Shown one piece after another: positions 1 through 11,349 of a DNA stretch of 64,000 nucleotides (position 1 is the first letter of the stretch; each line of letters starts with the position of its first letter). The translations under genes were made by a program, and so were the position numbers. The notes beneath the pieces are model-generated. The model was not told the DNA's origin. It did no database searches and saw nothing but the letters and a program-made list of their open reading frames with translations. This stretch comes from Myxococcota bacterium (GTDB lineage: Bacteria; Myxococcota_A; SURF-8): NCBI GenBank assembly GCA_965140415.1, contig OZ223209.1, positions 5,024,001 through 5,088,000 on the forward strand. Reading direction: 5' to 3'.

Positions 1-134
1 TATTGTTACCCGAAACACAACCAAATGCTCGTCTGTTCGGCAACAGATGATAAATTCTGAGTATGGGGTTTTAGCTGCGTATCCGCTAAGAGAGGCTGCG
101 CAGGATCTTTCAAGATTCGAAGATCACGCGAAAC

Positions 135-1196
<1,062 letters not shown>

Positions 1197-1281
1197 TTAC
1201 CAGTCGAACCGGGGTAGCATAGCACCCCAATTCCGCGATATGCAAGGGAATTTTCGGGGAGTAAAAACCGCTTGTTCAGCT

Positions 1282-2079
1282 TTATCCGAGCGCGTTATTG
1301 AACAGATCGTCGGCGCGTTGCAGGCGATAGGCTTCTGCGTAGGCGAAACCTGCTGATTTCCCAACCGATTCGGCCCATTGACGAATCAGGACTTCCAACG
1401 CCGGACGGTAGTTGTCCGGGTCCAATAAGGGGATCAATTCCTGGTGTCTGCCGGTAGCCTTCAAGGTCTGTTGCAGATCGGTCATCATGGCGCGGATCTG
1501 GCTTTCGTGGACGTCCAAGGCGGCGATTTTATCCTCGATGCTGTCGCTGATATCCTCGATATGATTGGCGTTCTGGTTGTCCTTGGCGAACCAGTAGGCG
1601 GTGGGTGTCAGATGCGGCAGCAACCCGGCCTGTACCTGTTCGGGGTGGAACAGGGGCATTTTCGCAAATTCGAAGGCTTCCAGTGCGGCCATGGCAACGT
1701 GTCGATGGTCGGGATGCGGCTCGTAGGGAGCGAAAAGGTCGAAACTCATCAGAATGTCCGGGCGAAAACGGCGAATCCATTCGATGTAGATTTTGCGCAG
1801 CTCGTTTTTCGGAAATTCATCCAGGAAACCGTCCGGATGACCCAGGAAATGCACTTCTTTCTTTCCCAGCAGCTTTGCTGCCGCCTTGGCTTCCCGCTCG
1901 CGGCTCTGCGCGATCAGTTCGGCCTGATCCAGTTCGTAGGAACCGCGCCCGTTGTCGGTGGCGATCACTTCAACGATCTCCGCTCCGGCTTTGGCCAGCT
2001 TCGCTACCAAACCACCGGCGAAAAACTCGCAATCATCCGCATGTGCGCTAAGAATCAGAACTCTCATCGCCTGGCTCAT
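1282..2079 (-). CDS. PIG-L/LmbE family deacetylase
   Basis: AHADD and HPDH metal-binding motifs, plus KIAALDVHESQ and YAEAY. Start placed at MSQAM after a GGGAG Shine-Dalgarno. Confidence 0.88.
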   Translation of the reverse strand: MSQAMRVLILSAHADDCEFFAGGLVAKLAKAGAEIVEVIATDNGRGSYELDQAELIAQSREREAKAAAKLLGKKEVHFLGHPDGFLDEFPKNELRKIYIEWIRRFRPDILMSFDLFAPYEPHPDHRHVAMAALEAFEFAKMPLFHPEQVQAGLLPHLTPTAYWFAKDNQNANHIEDISDSIEDKIAALDVHESQIRAMMTDLQQTLKATGRHQELIPLLDPDNYRPALEVLIRQWAESVGKSAGFAYAEAYRLQRADDLFNNALG

Positions 2080-4396
2080 CTGCGTTACTCCCTGCTTGCT
2101 GTTCTGAAGAATCGATCTGACAACTTTTCTTTTTATCCGCCTTGGCAATGGGCAGGATCACCTTGAAGGTCGCTCCCCAGCCCAATTCGCTACTGACGCG
2201 GATCTCACCGTCGTAGCGCTTGACAATGCCGTAACAAATCGACAGCCCCAGCCCCGTTCCCTGACCCGGCGCCTTGGTGCTGACAAAGGGGTCGAATAAT
2301 TTGTCCAACAATTCCGCTGCAATACCAGGACCATCGTCCCGAATCGAGATCGTCACTTTGCCGTCGTGCTGCGAAGTGGCAATCCAGATGTTGCCGGAAT
2401 CGTTTTCGATCGCCTGAATGGAATTGTGAATAATGTTGATGAAAATTTCCTGTAACTGCATTTCCTCGATGCAGACCTTGGGCAACGCAGGATCGTAGTT
2501 ACGGTGGAAGATGATGCGCCCCAGCCGCACTTCCTTGTCCCAGAAGGTCAGAATCTCATCGAGCGAGGCATTGACGTCCGCCTCTTCCACACGCGCCTCG
2601 CTCTTTCGGGCGAAGCTAAGCAGGCGATGGGTAATATCCCGGCAACGCCGCACCTGTGCGCGGATTTTGGGCAGACTCTGGTTCAATTCCTCTAGCGTGT
2701 CCGCCTGATTCACCAACGGATCATCTTCCAGTAATTCCGAAAGATAACCACTGATTTCGCCGATGACCGCCAGCGGATTATTGATTTCATGCGCCACACC
2801 CGCCGCAAGTCGTCCTACCGCCGCAAGTCGTTCCGACTGCATGATCTGGTTGATCAGAGCCTTACGGTGCGTGATGTCGCGACATGCTCCCACCGTGCCG
2901 ATCATGTTGCCGTCTTCGTCTTTCAGTTGCGAAAGTGTAATCGTAACGGAAACATCGTGACCGTCTTTGTGGATCAGCTTGGTTTCGTAGTCGGCTACGG
3001 TGCCTTCGTTCTTCACACGACGTAGCAGCGATTCCCGCTCTAGCTTGGTGTGATATAAAATCCACACTGGCTTGCCGAAAACGTCTTCCTGGCTGTAACC
3101 CAAGCTGGCCTGCGCACCGGGATTGAATTGCACGATACGGTTTTGAAGATCGGTGGTGATAATGATGATCGGACTGTGATCGAGAATGTTCTGCAAATAG
3201 TCGCGCGTCGATTTCAATTCGATTTCAGCGAGTTTGAAATCGGTCACATCCTGCATGATGCCGCACACCGCCGTCACCGCTCCGTTTTCATCGAGCACGG
3301 GATACTTGACCGTAGACAGGTAGACCTCACGACCATTAAGCAGCATCTGCTCTTCCAGCGTGATTTCCTTGCGCGTCTCCAGTACGGTGCGGTCGCTGTG
3401 GCGAATGATCTCCGCCGTTGGGGCATCCAGAATTTCAAGGTCGCTGCGCCCCAGAATCTCGTTTTTACTGCGACCATACAAGGTGCAGGCCGCCGGATTG
3501 ACTTCCTCATACACGCCGCGCGGCGTTTTGATATAGGTCGCCATCGGCGCGCTTTCCATAAACTGGTGCAGCTGAATTTCGGTGGCCTTTAACTGCTGAT
3601 CCAGTTGAATGCGCTGCGTGATATCGCGGGTGGATTCGATCATGCCGCTAACGGTGCCGTCTTTTTCGATCAACGGAGCGGCAACAATCGTGGCGTAGCG
3701 CCGGTTGCCGTCTTTATCGAAATGCTTGCGAACGAGCGTGATGGTCTGGCGCGTATTCAACACATTGGAAAACGGGCAGTTTCCCACCGCCACCTGGCAT
3801 TCGCCGCGAATATTCTGTTCTACGTCGTAGCAGTGCCGCCCTACGACTTCCTGGATGGAATAGTTGTTGTTTTTCAGAAAGCCTGCATTGGCGTCCTGAA
3901 TACGCATATTCAGATCCACCACCACGATTTCATCCGGTAGGCTGTCGAAAATCTGGCTGAACCAGTTGCGCTCTTTTTCCACGCGCTCGCGCGTTTCGTT
4001 TTTATGGCGGATCACCGCCTCTTCCGCCTGAAACAATTCCCAGAACAAGCTGGCTCCGAAATGGTCGATCAACGGGACATGGCGCGGACGTTCGCGCTCC
4101 AGTTCATCGCGAATGGCGATATCTCCGGTGAGTTCGATAATCAGATCCAGATCCGGGAGATTGAACAGATCCCGGTAGTCGTTGGTCACGATGGCACCTT
4201 CAATCTGGTGGGCGTGCAGCAGGCCGGGAGCTTTCGGGTCGATATCCGCCACGCCGCGAATCGAAAACCGCCATTGCCCCAGGCGATCGCCCTCGATCAT
4301 GCGCAAAAAGGATTCGCATCCCCTGCCACCACCGACGATCACGATGTTCAACGGCTTGTTTTTCTGCTTCTGTATTTGCGTGAATGCTTGTGACAT
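2048..4396 (-). CDS. Multi-PAS sensor histidine kinase with an N-terminal Rossmann-like domain
   Basis: N-terminal IVIVGGGRGC, three PAS/PAC repeats, H-box AHEINNPL, DDGPGI and GTGLGL ATPase boxes. Confidence 0.93.
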   Translation of the reverse strand: MSQAFTQIQKQKNKPLNIVIVGGGRGCESFLRMIEGDRLGQWRFSIRGVADIDPKAPGLLHAHQIEGAIVTNDYRDLFNLPDLDLIIELTGDIAIRDELERERPRHVPLIDHFGASLFWELFQAEEAVIRHKNETRERVEKERNWFSQIFDSLPDEIVVVDLNMRIQDANAGFLKNNNYSIQEVVGRHCYDVEQNIRGECQVAVGNCPFSNVLNTRQTITLVRKHFDKDGNRRYATIVAAPLIEKDGTVSGMIESTRDITQRIQLDQQLKATEIQLHQFMESAPMATYIKTPRGVYEEVNPAACTLYGRSKNEILGRSDLEILDAPTAEIIRHSDRTVLETRKEITLEEQMLLNGREVYLSTVKYPVLDENGAVTAVCGIMQDVTDFKLAEIELKSTRDYLQNILDHSPIIIITTDLQNRIVQFNPGAQASLGYSQEDVFGKPVWILYHTKLERESLLRRVKNEGTVADYETKLIHKDGHDVSVTITLSQLKDEDGNMIGTVGACRDITHRKALINQIMQSERLAAVGRLAAGVAHEINNPLAVIGEISGYLSELLEDDPLVNQADTLEELNQSLPKIRAQVRRCRDITHRLLSFARKSEARVEEADVNASLDEILTFWDKEVRLGRIIFHRNYDPALPKVCIEEMQLQEIFINIIHNSIQAIENDSGNIWIATSQHDGKVTISIRDDGPGIAAELLDKLFDPFVSTKAPGQGTGLGLSICYGIVKRYDGEIRVSSELGWGATFKVILPIAKADKKKSCQIDSSEQQAGSNADEPGDESSDS

Positions 4397-4511
4397 GCCA
4401 CTTCCGTTTCGGATCAACCGCTTCGCTACTAAAAGAAACGGGATGAGTTTCCCATCCCGAATCGGTTCAATTCATCTCTTTCATGCAGGCGTGAAAGATC
4501 GCAGATCCGAT

Positions 4512-4970
4512 CTAGTCCTCATGATCTTTCAGAGCTTCTCGCGGGGAGAGAATGGCCATATGGAATTTTTCATCCAGCTCATCATCGATTTGAGCTTCTT
4601 TTTGCTCGAAAGCTTTTTCAATCGCCTGGGTCAGATCGTCGAATTCGCAGGGTTTAAGCAGGTAATCAAACGCCCCTTTCTTCAACCCTTTCACCGCCGA
4701 TTCGATCGTCCCATGACCGGTCAGCATAATCACTTCCACATGGGGAAACTGCTTTTTGATTTCCAACAGCGTTTCCGAGCCACCCATACCGGGCATCAGG
4801 ATATCCAGCACAACGACGTCGACTTCATGCTGCGGGATTTTTTCCAGCGCTTCTTCGCCACTATTGGCCACATCTACGCGATAACCGCGCTTGACCAGGC
4901 GCTTGCTCATGTATTCGACGAATTCCTTTTCATCGTCCACCAGCATCACGGATATTTTTCTCATCTTCAT
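4512..4970 (-). CDS. Response regulator (stand-alone receiver domain)
   Basis: LVDDE, VVLDILMPGM, MLTGHG and YLLKP motifs. Confidence 0.93.
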   Translation of the reverse strand: MKMRKISVMLVDDEKEFVEYMSKRLVKRGYRVDVANSGEEALEKIPQHEVDVVVLDILMPGMGGSETLLEIKKQFPHVEVIMLTGHGTIESAVKGLKKGAFDYLLKPCEFDDLTQAIEKAFEQKEAQIDDELDEKFHMAILSPREALKDHED

Positions 4971-5160
4971 GATCGCGATCCTCTGCTATTCGAACTCGCT
5001 TAATTCTAGGACAGACTCGTTGTCACGTCAACATTCCACTATTTACCGCATATTATTTCCAACGTTTTTTTCTTTCGAAACCAAACGTTCGGCTCTTCTT
5101 TGTTCTTCCAATTTTATCGACCTAATGCAAGATATTTCTTTCTTTGTCTTGCTTCCCAAT

Positions 5161-7761
5161 TTAACGAGTAAATTCCTCAATAAATTCATCCCAAGTTGTA
5201 CGCACGCTCCAGATGGCTCCATCTCCCCGATAGCGGCTGTCCATACCGTAGTCGCGTTCCGGAAAATAGATCGAAAGTCCATATGCTCTGGGATGACTGT
5301 CCTGAGCCCGGCTATGCAGAATCGTTTCATCGAGCTGGGCAAGCAGGCTCGCCGCGGATCTGCCAACATCCACCGGGGCACTGTTTAAGTTCATCACTCG
5401 TCGGGCAAAATCACGCAGATCCCGGAATTCATCCGTATAGTCGAAATCCTGTGTGTTTCTGCGAATTTGTTCAAAAGTGGAATGCATTTCCGGATGCGCG
5501 AGCATGACATTGGCAAAGGTGCTCAACCGCCGATCCAGGTTATCCAGGCTGTCCAGGTCGCTCAATGACAAGGTGGAGTCTTCGTAATCGTAGTTATAAT
5601 AAGCATTTACAACATTAGTTCCCAGTTGCTCCGCGCTCATGCTCGGATCGGCGATCAGAGCCGGTAGGAAGCGTTGGTAGGGCCAGCCCGCTAGCGGTTC
5701 GGTTTCCTGCGACGCCAGCAGCAAATGGCTGTAAGGCGCACTGGCCTCGGCCACCTCCCACATACCCATCAAGCAGGCATCGAAACCGACTAGATCCAGC
5801 TTTGCGCCTACTGTGCTGTGAATCCGCGCCAATGCACGGGCGTAATCGCCGTTGGAAATGGAGATTTCTCCTGCCGTTCCATGGTCGTCGTTTGAAAATC
5901 CCTTGAACAACGGAGACTCGCCGGGAGCGGCTTTCGTCCAGCCATCGCCGTGATCCCACAAGATCAAAGCATAATGTCGCGCGGGATAGGCTTGCACTGC
6001 CCATTCTCCGAATTCCGCCAGAACGCGCCAGTCGCTCATATCCACTTCGCCAACCGTTTCCAGCACGTCGTAACCGCCTTGGGTAACATACACACGTTTG
6101 GCGGGGTTACTTAGAGTATCGAAGAGCGCTACGATGTTCACATCTTCCGTACTGCCTGCCTGTCCCATTTCCTGTAGATCTTCATAACCATCCGGTTCCA
6201 GGTTGTTATCGGCGTTCATGAAAACCATGAAGGTCCATTCCTTGGCCTGTGGGTCGGGGACGCAAGCTCCTTGTCCGTCACCGATGTACCCAGGATTGCA
6301 GTCGCAGTGATAGGAATCGGGAAGGTCCATGACGCAGCGGGTCTGGTTGGGCGTTGTGCAGGGATTGTCACTACACAGATCCGTCACACAGGATTCTTCG
6401 AACAGAATCGTCCCATCCGGGCAAACGCAATCGAATGCGCTCCAGTCTTCATTCGGTTGGCAGACCGGGTCACCGGGGCAGGCGGTTTCTTCATCTTCAC
6501 AGGGATCGGGAGTGAGCGTGTAATCGATCTGAAAACCACCGGGTTGATCGTAGCTGTCTGCGAACAAATAATAGGTTCCACGTTGCAACACCATGCTGAT
6601 CACTGCCGACTGGCTGATGGTGTCGTCGTTACAGGCGATTTCGGTTTCCGGGTCGTCGCACTGCGTGCGCATATGCAATACCGTGTCATACCCGCTCATG
6701 TAGAAATAGCCTTTGTGCGGACCGGGTAGATTAAAGGTGTAAATCAATTCCTTGCCGTCTCCGGCGCATTCTCCGCTATAAGCAGACGAACCCGAATTGG
6801 TGTAGTTGGTGACTTCGTCACCTTCGATATCCAACAGCAACGGATCGTCGCAACTCAAACCCGTACCGCTTGTTACATCGCCATCAGGCAACTGGCATCC
6901 CTGCATTTCCGGACAGGCAAGGCAGATATCCGGACAGCAATCGTCGTATTGAAAACACAATTCGTCGCAATTGCAGCCGTCGACATTCGAATTACCGCAC
7001 ATGCCCTCGCAGGCATAGGTCACGATTTCCGGTTCCGTTTCCTTGTCCAGATCGAATTCGATTTCAATCTCTATTTCAACATCGATGTCACCATCTGGCA
7101 TGTCACCGTCAGGTGTATCGCCATCGGACATGTCACCGTCAGGTGTATCGCCGTCGGGAGTATCACCATCGGGCAGGTCGCCGTCGGGCGTGTCGCCATC
7201 GGGCGTATCACCATCGGGCGTGTCACCATCGGGTAGGTCGCCGTCGGGCGTGTCGCCATCGGGCGTATCACCATCGGTCATGTCACCATCGGGCAGATCA
7301 CCATCAGGCGTATCGCCGTCGGGAGTATCACCATCGGGCAGATCGCCGTCGGGCGTGTCGCCATCGGGCGTATCGCCGTCGGGCGTATCACCATCGGGCG
7401 CGTCGCCATCGGGAGTATCACCGTCGGGCGTGTCACCATCGGACGTGTCACCATCGGACGTATCGCCATCGGGAGTATCACCGTCGGACGTGTCACCATC
7501 GGACGTGTCACCATCGGGCATATCGCCATCGGGCGTATCACCGTCGAGGGTATCGGCTTGTTCGAACACATCCTGATCGGTGTCGGCATCGGGAAGATTG
7601 TCGTTATCGGAGGAAGAACAGCCTGCTCCTGTCAACAGAATGATGGAAATCAGCGCGATGAGTAGATTTTGTTGAATCCTTTTGAGCAAAGTGAACAAGG
7701 AGCATTGCTGAGAGTTGTTACGTTTCCCGATGATCATGTGTAAAGCCTCCATTGCCGTCAT
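5161..7761 (-). CDS. Lipoprotein clostripain-family (C11) cysteine peptidase with a DGDxx linker and somatomedin-B-like, PPC-like and EGF-like modules
   Basis: Lipobox GAGC; WTFMVFMNADNNL; catalytic His motif WDHGDGW and Cys motif GFDACLMG; GLSIYFP; CNCDELCFQYDDCCPD (SMB-like); CDCNPGYIGDGQGAC (EGF-like). Confidence 0.88.
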   Translation of the reverse strand: MTAMEALHMIIGKRNNSQQCSLFTLLKRIQQNLLIALISIILLTGAGCSSSDNDNLPDADTDQDVFEQADTLDGDTPDGDMPDGDTSDGDTSDGDTPDGDTSDGDTSDGDTPDGDTPDGDAPDGDTPDGDTPDGDTPDGDLPDGDTPDGDTPDGDLPDGDMTDGDTPDGDTPDGDLPDGDTPDGDTPDGDTPDGDLPDGDTPDGDTPDGDMSDGDTPDGDMPDGDIDVEIEIEIEFDLDKETEPEIVTYACEGMCGNSNVDGCNCDELCFQYDDCCPDICLACPEMQGCQLPDGDVTSGTGLSCDDPLLLDIEGDEVTNYTNSGSSAYSGECAGDGKELIYTFNLPGPHKGYFYMSGYDTVLHMRTQCDDPETEIACNDDTISQSAVISMVLQRGTYYLFADSYDQPGGFQIDYTLTPDPCEDEETACPGDPVCQPNEDWSAFDCVCPDGTILFEESCVTDLCSDNPCTTPNQTRCVMDLPDSYHCDCNPGYIGDGQGACVPDPQAKEWTFMVFMNADNNLEPDGYEDLQEMGQAGSTEDVNIVALFDTLSNPAKRVYVTQGGYDVLETVGEVDMSDWRVLAEFGEWAVQAYPARHYALILWDHGDGWTKAAPGESPLFKGFSNDDHGTAGEISISNGDYARALARIHSTVGAKLDLVGFDACLMGMWEVAEASAPYSHLLLASQETEPLAGWPYQRFLPALIADPSMSAEQLGTNVVNAYYNYDYEDSTLSLSDLDSLDNLDRRLSTFANVMLAHPEMHSTFEQIRRNTQDFDYTDEFRDLRDFARRVMNLNSAPVDVGRSAASLLAQLDETILHSRAQDSHPRAYGLSIYFPERDYGMDSRYRGDGAIWSVRTTWDEFIEEFTR
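7081..7545 (-). repeat. Coding tandem repeat of 31 x 15 bp encoding DGDxx (mostly DGDTP)
   Basis: Units counted in the translation; degenerate 15-bp periodicity in the DNA. Confidence 0.95.
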
Positions 7762-7997
7762 CTCGGATGCGATTGCGCAGAGCGCGAACCAGTCTGCAAT
7801 CCATTGTTACCATTGAAGGCAAAAAGGCAAGAACAGAACGAATTTTTACCGAAATTCGCTCTTCTTGACTGCGGGTTCGAATTCAACAAAGGAAAGTGAG
7901 AACCGGTATTTGAACATCGGCTTTCTTTTGTAAATCGAGTGGGATTCGGTTACAATAGCCGCACTTATCTGGGAACGAAGTATATAAAGGACGCCCG

Positions 7998-9392
7998 ATG
8001 CGATTGCCCAAGCCATTTCCGTACCTGCTGCTGGTCGCGGTTTCGATAGCGTCCCTTATTCTTTCCTGTAACAGCGAAGATGCCTTTTCCCCGCAGGGCG
8101 ATAGCGACGAAGAATCCATCATCGACGGCGATCTGGACGCCATCGATACGGAAGATGCACTGCAACTTCCCGTAGACGATCCAAGCTTCTCCTGCACACC
8201 CGTTTCCTGCCGCGAAGGTTTCCTGCAAGCGCCGGGTTGCATTCTTCCAGATGCCGAACTCTTCCCCGATATGGAGGATGAAGAATCCTGTAGCGAAAAT
8301 GCGGATTGCTCCTCGGAACAAAGCTGCGTGCAGGCCGGATCGGAAAAGATCTGCGTTCCTTCCGCTCTGCCAAACTGGGTCGGCTTGTACCAATGGGATG
8401 GAGCCTGCGGCTGGGAAAACGCCGGTCAACGCAGCACGACCTGCGCCGTAGTAGGCGGTTGGCTGCAATCGGGAGAAATCACGCTGCTGGAGCAATGCCG
8501 CAACAGCGACCGGGGACGCTTATGCCAGGGCAATGATTGTTTGACCACGATTTCCTTTTTCGGACGCACCCTGCTCGACATCAGCACCTGCACCCCGGAT
8601 AACAACCGATTACTATTGATGTTGGATGAGTACGATTGGCCCCCGCGTTACTTCGTGCTGCGCGTTTCACAGGGCGGCTTGACCGAAATCGCAAGTATCA
8701 CCAATCAAACCTACTACTCCAGCGATACCATTCGAGCGCACTTCACTTGTTTGCCAAATGGCGAACTGCTTCTGGTTACACCATCCGAAATTCTGCGCTA
8801 CCAAGACCCGGACTCATTCGTTTCGGTCGAACATATCGAAAATCTGTCGTCGCTAGGCAATCAGGTTTATGGCGCTTTCGACCGCATCTGGGTGAATCCA
8901 GACGATTCTGACCAAATCTATGTAGGGATTGCGGGAAGTTATACAGTCTGGTTCAGCCGCATCGATGTCGAACAGGGACTACAGAAAATCCGTCCCTTTT
9001 CCACGCAGAACTGGCAAACCCGTGTGATTCCAGTGAATCAGAATCGCTGGTTGCTTATCGACGGGCAGAACCTGCAATCCGTCGTCAATGAAGTCGCCAC
9101 CCCGCTATTTACATTGGCAGAGAACGAACGTATCCTTGGAGTCATTGACGATCAATACCTGCTCACGGCGACCCTTACACGCCTGTTCCGCTACCCATTA
9201 GAGGAAAACCCGACCCCTTCCGCGTTGGATCGCGGTCTGCCCTTCCCGGCTTCCTATCGCTACTATGTTCCGGCCATTCGCGGCTTTCAGTGGCAACCTT
9301 CCGGCGATTCGCCACAGGGTCAGGTGATCCTGCAATACCGCAGTACTTCCGATAGCAGTAACGGAGGAATCGATGCTGGTTGGGAAGATTGA
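7998..9392 (+). CDS. Hypothetical lipoprotein: acidic DGD linker, Cys-rich region, beta-rich C-terminus
   Basis: Lipobox ILSC in a 464-aa ORF divergent from the C11 gene. Confidence 0.7.
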   Translation: MRLPKPFPYLLLVAVSIASLILSCNSEDAFSPQGDSDEESIIDGDLDAIDTEDALQLPVDDPSFSCTPVSCREGFLQAPGCILPDAELFPDMEDEESCSENADCSSEQSCVQAGSEKICVPSALPNWVGLYQWDGACGWENAGQRSTTCAVVGGWLQSGEITLLEQCRNSDRGRLCQGNDCLTTISFFGRTLLDISTCTPDNNRLLLMLDEYDWPPRYFVLRVSQGGLTEIASITNQTYYSSDTIRAHFTCLPNGELLLVTPSEILRYQDPDSFVSVEHIENLSSLGNQVYGAFDRIWVNPDDSDQIYVGIAGSYTVWFSRIDVEQGLQKIRPFSTQNWQTRVIPVNQNRWLLIDGQNLQSVVNEVATPLFTLAENERILGVIDDQYLLTATLTRLFRYPLEENPTPSALDRGLPFPASYRYYVPAIRGFQWQPSGDSPQGQVILQYRSTSDSSNGGIDAGWED

Positions 9393-9510
9393 ATCGCCGC
9401 TCATTTTACCGGTATGCGCTGGTTGATCAAATTGTGTTAATTCATTGCATCTATTCGCACATATCGATTGAGTTTCGCGTTTTTTCTAGTGAATCATCAT
9501 CCAATTTTCC

Positions 9511-9539
9511 TTGCGTTAGCTATGGCGTGGCGTTATGCT
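9511..9539 (+). promoter_or_regulatory. Putative sigma70 promoter of the oxidoreductase operon
   Basis: TTGCGT-N17-TATGCT about 85 nt upstream of the 9624 start. Confidence 0.45.
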
Positions 9540-9623
9540 CGTAGCCCGAATCAGGGTGGAGTCAGCCACCCCTTCCCGAAGTCCAGGTAGTGCAATTTTA
9601 TCATGTAGAATGGTTCTTTCGAC

Positions 9624-10340
9624 ATGGACATACGACTACAACCGGTCGTCATCTTTATTGGGAATTATGGGAGCGGAAAAACGGAAGTATCCGTCAATTT
9701 CGCCCTTCATCAAATAGAAAAAAACATGCCCGTTCGCATTGTCGATCTGGATATCGTCAACCCCTACTTCCGCAGTCGCGAAGTGCGCGAAACCATGAAG
9801 GAATACGGCATTGAGGTCATCGTTCCGCAGGATCAGTTCCTGCAAGCGGACCTGCCGGTTGTCGTTCCACAGATGAAGGGTGCGATCCAGAACGAAAACG
9901 GCTGTTCGATATTGGATGTCGGTGGCGACGACGTCGGCGCCACGGTGCTGGGTAGCTTCAAACAAGCCATTTCCCAAGCGCACGTGGATCTGTTGCAGGT
10001 CGTCAATGTCAAGCGCCCCTTCACCGAAACGGTAGAAGGTGCCTTGCGAATTTCCGCCGAAATCGAACAGGCTGCCAAGCAAAATGTCACCGGCATTGTG
10101 GGAAATTCCCACCTGATGGGTGATACCGATGTAGCCACGATTCGCGAAGGATATGAATATGCACAAGAGGTTGCGGCGGCAAAAGGCGTGCCGTTGGCCT
10201 TTATCACGTGTGAAAAGCGATTATTACCGGAACTGGACCCCGGCGAATTCGCCTGCCCGGTCCTTCCGATTGAACGACTGCTGCTGCCTCCATGGCAACG
10301 GCGCGAAAAGCTGGGCAGTCAGAATTTCCTGTTGTCGTAA
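9624..10340 (+). CDS. P-loop NTPase of the type that accompanies Vor/Kor-like 2-oxoacid oxidoreductase operons
   Basis: GNYGSGKTE Walker A, DLDIVNPYFRSRE and LDVGGDDVGA. Confidence 0.8.
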   Translation: MDIRLQPVVIFIGNYGSGKTEVSVNFALHQIEKNMPVRIVDLDIVNPYFRSREVRETMKEYGIEVIVPQDQFLQADLPVVVPQMKGAIQNENGCSILDVGGDDVGATVLGSFKQAISQAHVDLLQVVNVKRPFTETVEGALRISAEIEQAAKQNVTGIVGNSHLMGDTDVATIREGYEYAQEVAAAKGVPLAFITCEKRLLPELDPGEFACPVLPIERLLLPPWQRREKLGSQNFLLS

Positions 10341-10371
10341 TCCGGCGTTATCCGGCTTTTAGGAGGACACC

Positions 10372-11340
10372 ATGCCGAAGGTGATTATCGATCAAGACCG
10401 CTGCAAAGGCTGCGAGTTATGCGTCCATGCCTGCCCGAAGGACGTACTCGCCATGTCCAAGGACATTAATGTTAAGGGCTATTTCTTCTCTCAGGTCGTC
10501 AATCCCGACGACTGCATCGGCTGTCGCAACTGCGCCATAACCTGTCCCGATGTGGCTATCGAAGTGCAGAAGGAAGACAAGAAAACCGGCGAATTGAAAA
10601 CGGTTTTTTCGCGACCCGAATCGCTGACGACCAACGTGACCCACTACTGCCCCGGCTGCACGCATGGCATCGCCCATCGTCTGGTAGCCGAAGTTCTGGA
10701 TGAACTGGGTTTGCGGGAAAGCGCTGTAGGCATCGCCCCGGTGGGCTGCTCGGTGCTTGCCTATAATTACTTCAACTGCGATTTTCAGGAAGCGGCGCAT
10801 GGACGCGCACCGGCCTTTGCCACCGGCATCAAGCGGGTGCGTCCGGATCTGACCGTCTTCACCTATCAGGGTGATGGCGATCTGGCCAGCATCGGCGGCA
10901 ACGAAATCCTGCACGCTGCCAATCGCGGCGAAAAATTCACCACGATTTTCGTAAATAACGCCATATACGGCATGACCGGCGGCCAGATGGCCCCGACCAC
11001 GCTTCCTGGAATGGTCACCACGACCTGTCCTGCGGGGCGCGATGTTGATGACGTCGGCTATCCGATTCGCGTTGCCGAATTACTTTCCACCTTGCGTACT
11101 CCCGCTTATATCGCGCGCGTGGCGCTGCATGAGCCGAAATACGTGGTGCAGGCGAAAAAGGCCATCAAGAAGGCTTTCACCTATCAAATGGAAAATCGCT
11201 GTTATTCCCTGGTCGAGGTGCTCTCCACCTGTCCGACCAACTGGGGTAAAACACCCAAGCAGGCCTGCGAATGGCTGGCAGAGCACATGATGCCCTACTT
11301 CCCGCTGGGTGAATTCAAAACCCCCGAAGACGAAGCATAG
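10372..11340 (+). CDS. 2-oxoacid:ferredoxin oxidoreductase, delta (2x[4Fe-4S]) subunit fused to the beta (TPP-binding) subunit
   Basis: CKGCELCVHACP and CIGCRNCAITCP, followed by YCPGCTHG, GDGDLASIG, NNAIYGMTGGQ and STCPTNW. Confidence 0.92.
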   Translation: MPKVIIDQDRCKGCELCVHACPKDVLAMSKDINVKGYFFSQVVNPDDCIGCRNCAITCPDVAIEVQKEDKKTGELKTVFSRPESLTTNVTHYCPGCTHGIAHRLVAEVLDELGLRESAVGIAPVGCSVLAYNYFNCDFQEAAHGRAPAFATGIKRVRPDLTVFTYQGDGDLASIGGNEILHAANRGEKFTTIFVNNAIYGMTGGQMAPTTLPGMVTTTCPAGRDVDDVGYPIRVAELLSTLRTPAYIARVALHEPKYVVQAKKAIKKAFTYQMENRCYSLVEVLSTCPTNWGKTPKQACEWLAEHMMPYFPLGEFKTPEDEA

Positions 11341-11349
11341 GAGGCGAGC

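Noticed and set aside
7081-7545. Possible CRISPR array or non-coding tandem repeat
   Set aside because: The units are contiguous 15-mers without unique spacers, vary mainly at synonymous and xx positions, and lie in frame within a protease gene. No cas genes are present.
6870-7643. Plus-strand ORFs with (SPSGV)n or Arg/His-rich repeats
   Set aside because: They are antisense shadows of the DGDxx coding repeat.
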